Shown: piece after piece, positions 1 to 7,200 of the stretch
Layout: each line of letters begins with the position of its first letter
Position numbering within the stretch: the first letter of the stretch is position 1
Source: an uncultured Clostridia bacterium
Lineage (GTDB): Bacteria > Bacillota > Clostridia > Oscillospirales > JAAYOS01
Reading direction: 5' to 3'
Assembly (NCBI GenBank): GCA_947585215.1
Contig: CANPWY010000019.1
Location: 1-20,249, forward strand
DNA length: 20,249 nucleotides
Notes under the pieces: model-generated
Database searches by the model: none
What the model saw: the letters and a program-made list of their open reading frames with translations, nothing else
What the model was told of the DNA's origin: nothing
Translations under genes and position numbers: made by a program

Positions 1-169
1 GAGCAGGAACAGGAGATTGAGATTTTTTATCGTTTTATCGGCAAGATTGATTAAATACTGGATTTTGTATCCTTAACCACTTTATACAGAGGTGCTTTAC
101 AGCAGTGAAGACGTTTTGAATCAATGGAAAGTTAAATGCTTTACACGGCTGGAGACGGGAATACGGAAC

Positions 170-721
170 TCAGTCGAGGGGGTGGCCGTCTTTGTCGAAG
201 AGCGGCAGGCGCTCGAGGTAGGTGATGTCCCTGCGCTCCGCCGCCTCGCCCTCAGCGAGTATCGCCATCCGCGCGACGATGTTTCCGCCCGCCTGCGTCA
301 CAAGCTCCTCGAGGGCGCGGAGGGATTCGCCGGTCGAGATTACGTCGTCGACGATGATGACGCGCTTGCCCTCCATGCGCGCCTTGTCGTTGCCGTCGAG
401 GTAGAGAGTCTGGACGCCGGCGGTGGTTATCGACTTGACGTGCACCGAGAACGGGTCGCGCATATAGAGCTTAGCAGCTTTGCGCGCGATGATGTAGCCC
501 TCGCCCGCCTGACGCGCCATCTCGTAGACGAGCGGTATGCCCTTTGACTCGGCGGTTATCAGTATGTCGTGCTCCGGCGCGAGCTTCAGCAGCTCGGCGG
601 AGGCGGCGACGGTCAGCTCGACGTCGCCGAAAATTATGAACGCGCCGATATTCAGCTCGTCCGAGATGGGGCAGAGGGGCAGACTGCGCTCCAGCCCCGC
701 GATTTTCATTTTGTACTCCAT
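170..721 (-). CDS. Type I phosphoribosyltransferase family protein (adenine/purine PRTase-like), 183 aa
   Basis: Only the last 183 codons of the 621-aa ORF 170..2035 look real. The ATG is at 719-721, with AAGGAG (revcomp of 729-734) 7 nt upstream. The PRPP-binding motif VIIVDDVISTGES is present. The overall MEYKMKIAGLER...ITAESKGIPL... layout is typical of clostridial APRT-like proteins. The upstream part of the long ORF overlaps rlmI in antisense and is Arg/Ala-rich junk. Confidence 0.85.
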   Translation of the reverse strand: MEYKMKIAGLERSLPLCPISDELNIGAFIIFGDVELTVAASAELLKLAPEHDILITAESKGIPLVYEMARQAGEGYIIARKAAKLYMRDPFSVHVKSITTAGVQTLYLDGNDKARMEGKRVIIVDDVISTGESLRALEELVTQAGGNIVARMAILAEGEAAERRDITYLERLPLFDKDGHPLD

Positions 722-760
722 ATATAAGCTCCTTTTTGTGAGGTTTTTCCTGTCAATAGA

Positions 761-789
761 ATAGTAACACAAAAAAGGCGCGGCGGCAA
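761..789 (-). promoter_or_regulatory. Putative sigma-A promoter for the PRTase gene (TTGCCG-17-TGtTACTAT)
   Basis: On the minus strand the -35 TTGCCG is the revcomp of 784-789. A 17-nt spacer follows, then the -10 TACTAT (revcomp of 761-766), preceded by TGt. Confidence 0.45.
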
Positions 790-912
790 CATATTGGGAC
801 AAATATTCCTGCGGTCTCAGCCGATTTTCTGCATATTGACCTGCGATTTGACGAAAAGCGGCGCGAACCTCCGGCGGACGGTTTACCGCAGGAGGCTCTT
901 TTTGCGCGGATA

Positions 913-941
913 TTGAAAATACCGCGCCGGTATGGTACAAT
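913..941 (+). promoter_or_regulatory. Putative sigma-A promoter for rlmI-like gene (TTGAAA-17-TGgTACAAT)
   Basis: TTGAAA at 913-918, 17-nt spacer, TGg at 933-935 and TACAAT at 936-941. This lies about 35 nt upstream of the ATG at 977. Confidence 0.55.
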
Positions 942-976
942 AGCCGCATGCACCGTATGTAAATTCGGAGGGGAAC

Positions 977-2200
977 ATGAAGGCGGAGAGAGGCTACCCG
1001 AGATTTGTAATATCGCAGAAAGGCGTGCGCTGGGCTCAGACCGGGCATCCGTGGCTCTACGCCTCGGACGTAGTGAGCGAGCCGGAGGAGTACGAAAACG
1101 GCTGTCTTGCGGACGCCGTGAGCGAGAAGGGACGCTATATCGGCACCGGATTTGTCAGCCGCGAGAGCAAGATACGCCTGCGGCTCATATCCCGCAACGC
1201 AAACGACCGCTTTGACGAGGCGTTCTGGCAGCGCCGCGTCCGCTACGCGTGGGAGTACCGCAAGGCGGTCATGCCGGACGACCTCGGGTGCTGTCGCGTC
1301 ATATTCGGCGAGTCGGACGGGTTTCCCGGCCTCACGGTGGACAAGTTTGAGGACATACTTGTCGCAGAGACCGCGTCGGTCGGCATGGAGCGGCTGAAAA
1401 GCGTCGTTTTCCCGCTCATCGTGCGGACGCTCCGCGCGGACGGGCATAACATCTCCGGCATATACGAGAGGAACGACCTCGCGGCGCGCTCGCTCGAAGG
1501 ACTTCCGAGGTATAAGGGATGGTTCCCGCTCGAGGGCGAGGCTCCGCCCGCGAGCGCCGTCACCGAGATATGCGAAAACGGAGTCTTCTATAAAGTAGAC
1601 GTCGAGAACGGTCAGAAGACAGGCTTCTTCCTCGACCAGAAGTACAACCGCCGAGCCGTCGCCGGACTCGCGAAGGGTCGGCGCGTGCTCGACTGCTTCA
1701 CGCACACCGGGTCGTTCGCGCTGAACGCGGCGAAGGGCGGCGCGGAGCATGTGACGGCGGTCGACATATCGGAGAGCGCCATAGCCATGGCGCGGGAGAA
1801 CGCCGTGCGCAACGGATTTTCGGTGGACTTCGTCTGCGCCGATGTCTTTGAGCTCCTCACCGAGATGGCGGAGAGGGGCGGACGCGCCTACGACTTCATC
1901 ATCCTCGACCCGCCGGCGTTTACGAAGTCCCGCGCGACGGCGGAGAGCGCGTTCCGCGGCTACCGCGAGATAAACCGCCGCGCAATGTCTCTGCTTCCGA
2001 GGGGAGGACTGCTTGCGACGGCCTCCTGCTCGCACTTTATGCCGTCAGCGGAGTTTGAGAGGATGCTTCGCGCCGCCGCCGGCGACTCCGACCGCGAGCT
2101 CAAGGAGATAGAGGTCCGCAAGCAGGCGCCGGACCATCCGATACTCTGGAACGTCCCCGAGACCGAGTATCTGAAGTTCTACATATTTCAGGTCATATGA
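977..2200 (+). CDS. rlmI: Class I SAM-dependent 23S rRNA (cytosine-C5) methyltransferase, RlmI/YwbD-like (PUA-like N-domain plus MTase)
   Basis: 407-aa ORF with GGAGGGG at 967-973 before the ATG. The SAM-binding region VLDCFTHTGSFALNAA and the motif-IV-like DFIILDPPAF are present. The N-terminus GHPWLY...ISRN is typical of the COG1092 family. Confidence 0.85.
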   Translation: MKAERGYPRFVISQKGVRWAQTGHPWLYASDVVSEPEEYENGCLADAVSEKGRYIGTGFVSRESKIRLRLISRNANDRFDEAFWQRRVRYAWEYRKAVMPDDLGCCRVIFGESDGFPGLTVDKFEDILVAETASVGMERLKSVVFPLIVRTLRADGHNISGIYERNDLAARSLEGLPRYKGWFPLEGEAPPASAVTEICENGVFYKVDVENGQKTGFFLDQKYNRRAVAGLAKGRRVLDCFTHTGSFALNAAKGGAEHVTAVDISESAIAMARENAVRNGFSVDFVCADVFELLTEMAERGGRAYDFIILDPPAFTKSRATAESAFRGYREINRRAMSLLPRGGLLATASCSHFMPSAEFERMLRAAAGDSDRELKEIEVRKQAPDHPILWNVPETEYLKFYIFQVI

Positions 2201-2294
2201 CGCGAGGGAAACGCCGCCGTCCGTCAGAACGTTTGCGTGAGAAAAACGCCGCCGGGCTTCCAAAGTCCGCGGCGCCGTATTGGGAGCTGTAAAA

Positions 2295-2855
2295 ATGGGA
2301 ATATTGGAGCTTTTCTTCATAGCGGTGGGTCTGTCGATGGACGCCTTTGCCGTGTCAGTCTGCAAGGGACTGTCGGTTGACCGCGCGCGGCCTAAGTACC
2401 TCGTCGTCACCGGGCTGTACTTCGGCGGCTTTCAGGCACTGATGCCCGTCATCGGCTTCCTGCTCGGAAGCTGGCTCAGCGGAGCGATAGAGCAGATCGA
2501 CCACTGGATAGCGTTCGTACTGCTCACGATAATCGGAATAAATATGATACGCGAGTCGCGCGGGGAGGCGGAGGAGCTTGACCGCTCCTTCTCGCCGAAG
2601 GCGATGCTGCCGCTCGCCGTCGCGACGAGCATAGACGCGCTCGCCGTCGGCGTGACGTTCGCGTTCCTGAAGGTGAGCATAGTCCCGGCGGCGGCGCTCA
2701 TCGGCGTCACGACCTTCGCGTTCAGCGCGGCGGGCGTCAAGATAGGCAACATCTTCGGCGCGCGGTACAAGTCCAAGGCGGAGCTCGTCGGGGGAATAGT
2801 CCTCATTCTCATGGGCGTGAAGATACTGCTCGAGCATCTGGGCGTGCTCGGATAA
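2295..2855 (+). CDS. mntP: Manganese efflux pump MntP
   Basis: The ORF track starts at a TTG at 2280. I prefer the ATG at 2295 (MGILELF...), which has GGGAG at 2282-2286. The product is polytopic and hydrophobic, with the duplicated MntP signature LSMDAFAVS / TSIDALAVG. Confidence 0.88.
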   Translation: MGILELFFIAVGLSMDAFAVSVCKGLSVDRARPKYLVVTGLYFGGFQALMPVIGFLLGSWLSGAIEQIDHWIAFVLLTIIGINMIRESRGEAEELDRSFSPKAMLPLAVATSIDALAVGVTFAFLKVSIVPAAALIGVTTFAFSAAGVKIGNIFGARYKSKAELVGGIVLILMGVKILLEHLGVLG

Positions 2856-2874
2856 CGTACATAGAATAAATCGG

Positions 2875-3243
2875 ATGAGGCTAGATTATATAAAGATCGG
2901 TGAAGTGTGTTTGTGTACAAACGACGTGCCGAGACTTGCGGCATTTTATAAACAGCTGCTCGGAATCGACAATGGCAGTGAGGACGAGATACATCAGTTT
3001 CTTATCACCGAGGAGACCGCGCTTACAATATACAACGACGGTTCGACAAAGAACAATAGTAACCAGAATATATGTCTGGCTTTTACCGTCGACGACGTCG
3101 AAAAGGAATATGAGAAGCTGCTGGCCTTGGGCGCGGAAATTATCGAGAAACCCACAAAGCGGCCTTGGGGCGCGGTCAGCATGAGCTTTTACGACCCAGA
3201 CAATAACGAGATTTTCTTCAGAAGCCTTCCGAAAAACGGCTAG
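2875..3243 (+). CDS. VOC (glyoxalase/bleomycin-resistance/dioxygenase fold) family protein, 122 aa
   Basis: The N-terminus (IGEVCLCTNDVPRLAAFYKQLLG) and C-terminus (RPWGAVSMSFYDPDNNEIFF) are classic VOC-fold beta-alpha-beta motifs. It starts 19 nt after mntP, and the SD is weak. GC content is visibly lower than in all neighbouring genes. Confidence 0.75.
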   Translation: MRLDYIKIGEVCLCTNDVPRLAAFYKQLLGIDNGSEDEIHQFLITEETALTIYNDGSTKNNSNQNICLAFTVDDVEKEYEKLLALGAEIIEKPTKRPWGAVSMSFYDPDNNEIFFRSLPKNG

Positions 3244-3267
3244 GCTTTCGTTTGTCGGCTAGGCTTT
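3237..3267. repeat. 12-bp direct repeat CGGCTAGGCTTT x2 (3237-3248 and 3256-3267) spanning the VOC stop codon
   Basis: Read directly from the sequence. The copies are separated by 7 nt (cgtttgt). They lie in the 37-nt gap between the convergent VOC and hypothetical genes. Confidence 0.8.
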
Positions 3268-3280
3268 AATAAGGAGAGGG

Positions 3281-3844
3281 TCAGATGTCCTTCCCGAACA
3301 GCTCGTCCACATACGGGAAGCGAGCGCGGCAGAAGCGCGCATATTCGCTCTCCGGGTCGACGGGCTTCGCCGGGTCGGTGAACTCCCGAAGGAGCATCCG
3401 CTTTATGCCGTCGAGCTTTTTTTCGGAGAGAGTTTCGTATCGGTGCAGGTGCAGACGTCCTGCCGCCTCCGCATCGAGCAGCGCCGCGCGCAGGTCGGGG
3501 ACGTACTCGCAGGACGAGACCTTCACCGGCTCCTCCGAGAGATACACCCACGGCATCCGGTCGAGGCGCGGAAGCTCCTCCGACACCTCGCAGGCATATA
3601 TGTATCCGCCGCGGCCGGTGAATATATCGTCGAATGCTCCCGGATAATATTCATCGTAGTGAAGCTCGCCCTCCGGCGTGACATAGTAAGGGAAGTATCC
3701 GTCCGGCGGGGTGAGGGGGTTGTATGCGTAGATGAGCGCAAGAGTCTCTATGTCGGTTAGATAGACGAGCGGCCGCCCGTGGCTAGAGACGTGGGGAAGA
3801 AGCGTCTTTATTCCCGGAACGGCGCTTCCGTGGTACAGCTTCAT
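3281..3844 (-). CDS. Uncharacterised protein, 187 aa (N-terminal LYHGS motif)
   Basis: Inner start of ORF 3281..3940. The ATG is at 3842-3844 (MKLYHGS...), with GAGGAGG 6 nt upstream on the minus strand. The composition looks globular. Codon usage is host-like, with GC-rich third positions and ATA for Ile. Confidence 0.7.
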   Translation of the reverse strand: MKLYHGSAVPGIKTLLPHVSSHGRPLVYLTDIETLALIYAYNPLTPPDGYFPYYVTPEGELHYDEYYPGAFDDIFTGRGGYIYACEVSEELPRLDRMPWVYLSEEPVKVSSCEYVPDLRAALLDAEAAGRLHLHRYETLSEKKLDGIKRMLLREFTDPAKPVDPESEYARFCRARFPYVDELFGKDI

Positions 3845-3893
3845 ATAACGCCTCCTCATTACAATATGTGTTGAAGCCGGCTCCGTATCTACT

Positions 3894-3922
3894 ATTATAC
3901 CGGCATATACCGGAAATAACAG
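3894..3922 (-). promoter_or_regulatory. Possible promoter for the 187-aa gene (weak -35 CTGTTA, perfect -10 TATAAT)
   Basis: On the minus strand, TATAAT is the revcomp of 3894-3899. A 17-nt spacer precedes it, and the -35 is poor (3 of 6 matches). Confidence 0.35.
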
Positions 3923-3924
3923 TC

Positions 3925-3953
3925 TTGAAATCCGCCGCATATTCTGTTATAAT
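3925..3953 (+). promoter_or_regulatory. Near-consensus orphan promoter TTGAAA-17-TGtTATAAT
   Basis: TTGAAA at 3925-3930, 17-nt spacer, TGt at 3945-3947 and TATAAT at 3948-3953. No protein-coding ORF follows before the terminator at 4067-4096. Confidence 0.55.
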
Positions 3954-3959
3954 ATAAAC

Positions 3960-4006
3960 ACGGAAAAGAAAAGCGGACCCGAAGCATTGCGCTTGCGGGT
4001 CCGCTT
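3960..4006 (-). terminator. Strong hairpin that reads as an intrinsic terminator on the minus strand
   Basis: The stem is AAGCGGACCCGAAGC / GCTT(G)CGGGTCCGCTT. On the minus strand it is followed by TTTTCTTTTCC (revcomp of 3960-3970). On the plus strand there is no U-tract. Confidence 0.4.
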
Positions 4007-4066
4007 ATTGCATATACATAAATATATATGCGAGAATATGTCCCAAACGGAATAGGAAGAACCGCC

Positions 4067-4096
4067 AAAAGGCTCCGCAGTGCGCGGAGCCTTTTT
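4067..4096. terminator. Bidirectional intrinsic terminator
   Basis: AAAA-GGCTCCGC-agtgc-GCGGAGCC-TTTTT. The 8-bp GC stem is flanked by an A-run and a T-run. Confidence 0.65.
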
Positions 4097-4147
4097 GTGG
4101 CATTGCTACAACTTTTGAAAGTTTATTGACTTTTCGCGAAAAAGCTG

Positions 4148-4176
4148 TTGACAAAGGCCGGTTCGGGTGCTAGTAT
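4148..4176 (+). promoter_or_regulatory. Promoter of the M14 peptidase gene (TTGACA-17-TGcTAGTAT)
   Basis: TTGACA at 4148-4153, 17-nt spacer and TGc TAGTAT at 4168-4176. The 12-bp palindrome TTTTCGCGAAAA (4131-4142) abuts the -35. A 9-bp AT hairpin (4181-4189/4201-4209) sits at the predicted 5' end of the mRNA. Confidence 0.6.
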
Positions 4177-4262
4177 ATGTATGTTTATTAACGGCACATG
4201 AATAAACATTCTGAAAATGAATGTGTGCGCCGCAAAAAAAGAAAGGCGAAGGTGAGAACCAA

Positions 4263-7200
4263 ATGGCAAAGACCCTGACACACTCCAAGAAGCTTGTGGC
4301 TCTGCTGCTCGCGGTCGCCCTCATGCTGTCGGTATGCGTCGTTCCGAACGCAGCCGCAGCCGCGGGGACTACCGCCACAGCGACCACGCCGGTATACACC
4401 GGGAGCTTCACCAATACTTCATCCGATGGCGGCAAGGACTGGATAAGCCTCACCGCCGAGAGGACATTCAAAGTCACCGTCCCGGTCGACATGACCGAGG
4501 ATGAGGCAAAGGCGATAGCGGACGACGTCGTCTGGACGCTCGACTATGACGAGAACGCCGGCTATCTCGACACCAAGCTCTATCCCAACCACACCGAGGG
4601 CGGCGAGATAAGCAGCTGGCTCAACCAGAACAACGAGCCGCTCTTCACGAAGATTGCCACCACGGTCGAGACCACCACGGACGGCAAGGTTAACATCGTC
4701 CTCACGTTCTCGAACACCATCTACTTCTACTCGCGCGGGAACGCGGACGCCAGCGCTCCGCACTCCAACGGCGGCGCCTACCTCGACATCTGCGGCTGGT
4801 ACTACGTCACCGCTTCCGTAGACGGAAAGGATCTCGGCTCGGCGTACACCAAGATAAACCCGTACGACAACTTCCACACGATGAAGGAGATCTACGAGGA
4901 GATCGACAAGATAGTCGACTACGCCGAGGAGAACACCGACATCTATGTGCATAAGGATTCGATGGGCAAGAGCGCCGGTCAGAACGGCCTCGAGTCGCTC
5001 GACATGCCGTACCTCATAATCGCGAAGAACAAGGCCGCCACTGAGAAGTGGCTGAAGATCGCAGATCAGGCCGAGACCGACCCGCAGTCCCTCCTCGACG
5101 ACATCAAGGACGGCTCGATAGGCGACTATCAGGTGCCCGTTCTCTACTCGAACGTCCACTCCAACGAGGTCGCCGCTTCCGACGGTGTTCTCGGATTCGC
5201 GTGGATGCTCGTTGAGAACGCCGCAGTCGATACCCCGATAGACTACAAGGAGCTCACCGGCTTCACCGCCGAGGGCGAAGCAGAGCTCGCAAAACAGCTC
5301 GGCCCGAAGGGTGAAGAGGGAAGCATAGCCATCCCGGACCTCATCGCGGACAAGGCTACATACCTCGGCTTCATCAAGAACGGCACCATTTCCCAGAAGG
5401 TAGACCTCGAGAAGTATTACACCGTCGAGGATAAGGACGTCAGCACCGAGGAGCTGCTTGAGGACGTGTTCTTCATCATCGTCCCCGAGGAGAACGTCGA
5501 GGGCCGTACTTACGTCACCCGTCACTCCTCCGGCGGTTACGACCTCAACCGCGACAACTCCTTCCAGACCCAGTCCGAGACCCAGAACATGACGAAGCTC
5601 ATCGCGACATGGAACCCCGTCAGCTTTGCAGAGTTCCACGGCCGTATACAGCAGTTCCAGGTCGAGCCGTGCGATCCGCCTCATGAGCCGAACTTCGAGT
5701 ATGACCTCCTTGCCGACCATCTTGTGACCGGCGGCGAGGTGCTCGGTATCGGCGCTGTCGCGAACAACGACGGGCACAACAGCTATGTCACCCCGCAGCG
5801 CGACTACCTCAGCTACACCGGCGAGAAGAACGCCGACGGCACCTACAAGACCGAGTGGTACGACCCGTGGGACGACATGTCCACGAGCTACACCCCGCAG
5901 TATTCGATGCTTCACGGCACCGTCGCCTACACCGTCGAGGTTCCGGCCTATGATGACTATATGGCGACCGCTCTGCCTTACGGCATGCTCACCCAGTCCG
6001 TCTATATAGCGGACGAGAAGGACAGCTATCTCACCGACCAGGCGACTATCTACCTGCGCGGCATCACCAACACCAACTCCGACAAGGAAGTCGGCCCGTG
6101 GCTCACCGACCGCTTTGACGTCGAGGGAGCCGAGGCGACGCTCTTCCGTCCCGAGTACACCGGCGCGGGCGAGAACGGCAACTTCTTCCCCGAGGCGTAC
6201 ATCATTCCTGTCGACGGCACCAACCAGAAGAACCTTCAGGACGCCGCCGAGATGATAGCTTATCTCATCCGCAACGACGTCAAGGTCATGAAGGCCTCCG
6301 AGAGCTTCACCTATGACGGAGTTACCTATCCCGCAGGCACCGCGATAGTTTCGATGTATCAGGCGAAGCGTTCGGTCGCTAACGGCGTCCTCTACAACGG
6401 CACCGTCATCACCGAATGGCCGGTTCTTTACAGCGAAGGCATTACCGCGTTCAACCACACCCGCGGCTTCGATATGGCCACCGTCACCGAGCCCGCGGAG
6501 TACACCGAGATAGCCAAGGTATGCGCCGTCAGCACCGACTGGAACGTCACCTCCTCCTTCATCGGGGACAAGAACGGGACTGTCGTGCTCCTCAACACCT
6601 CCGAGGACGCCGTCAAGGCCGTCAACACCCTTCTTAAGGCCGGCAAGACCGTGAAGCTCATCACCGAGGGCAAGTACGACGGCAGCTTCATCGTCTCCTA
6701 CGCCGACTACGAGTCCGTCTCCAAGGATCTCACTATCTCGGCCGTCAGCGTTGCGGAGGAGCCCGCTTCCAAGACGATTAACGCCGCCCCTGTCATTTAC
6801 ATCAACGGCAAGCCCGCCGACAACGACGAAGGCTTCGTCAAGACCTCGCTCATAAGCAGCGTTACCGGTTACAACTACGACCGTGAGGCCATGGATCTCC
6901 TCGGCTTCACTACCACCGACGACCCGGCAAAGGCCGACGTCATTATCGGAGCGTCCCGCCCGGACGCCGCCGCGCTCGAGGCGATAAAGGACGGAGTGCC
7001 GTACATCGCTTACGGCTCGAGCGTCGCTTCCGCCGTAGCCGGCCTCTTCAGCGAGGGCGCGGTCGTGAGGAACAGCGTCAGCAGGAACGCCATGGACGCG
7101 CTTGCTCACGTCACCTATCCCGAGAAGAACAGCCCCGTCACCGCTACCTACATCGCCGAGGGCGACGACATTATGTACGGCTACGGCGCAGGATACTTCG

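Larger units (their letters stand above)
3960..4097 (+). ncRNA. Candidate ~140-nt small RNA or orphan leader transcript
   Basis: It is bounded by the promoter at 3925-3953 and the terminator at 4067-4096. It contains a 15-bp stem with one bulge (3971-3985/3991-4006) and a 7-bp AT-rich stem (4010-4016/4025-4031). I do not recognise a family, and there is no credible ORF. Confidence 0.3.

Noticed and set aside
1-54. 18-codon open frame reaching the left edge, a possible 3' end of a plus-strand gene.
   Set aside because: It is too short to call as a feature with any product. It is mentioned only as a compositional observation in the findings.
722-976. Possible purine riboswitch upstream of the phosphoribosyltransferase gene.
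   Set aside because: The predicted leader is only ~30-35 nt and shows no three-way-junction or conserved purine-riboswitch loops. The region is explained by two divergent promoters.
722-2035. Upstream 438 codons of the 621-aa minus-strand ORF 170..2035.
   Set aside because: This portion is antisense to the well-supported rlmI-like gene and crosses the divergent promoter region. Its sequence is Arg/Ala-rich nonsense. A strong SD and ATG at 721 define the real 183-aa PRTase.
2201-2294. Searched for a yybP-ykoY manganese riboswitch upstream of mntP. Also noticed an 11-nt direct repeat AAACGCCGCCG at 2209-2219 and 2244-2254.
   Set aside because: The gap is only 94 nt and lacks the conserved GGGGAGUAG-type loop sequences I remember for this riboswitch. 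The only GGGAG is the SD. The short GC repeat has no obvious structure or function.
3285-3647. 120-aa plus-strand ORF preceded by a good-looking SD (AAGGAG at 3271-3276).
   Set aside because: The product is Ser/Arg-rich and low-complexity, and it is antisense to a globular protein with host-like codon usage. The SD-like sequence is most likely coincidental in the convergent gap.
4028-4129. 33-codon ORF (MREYVPNGIGRTAKRLRSARSLFVALLQLLKVY) inside the candidate sRNA region. I considered it as a type I toxin-like peptide.
   Set aside because: There is no SD. The ORF runs straight through the terminator hairpin, and its hydrophobic stretch is too short for a membrane helix.
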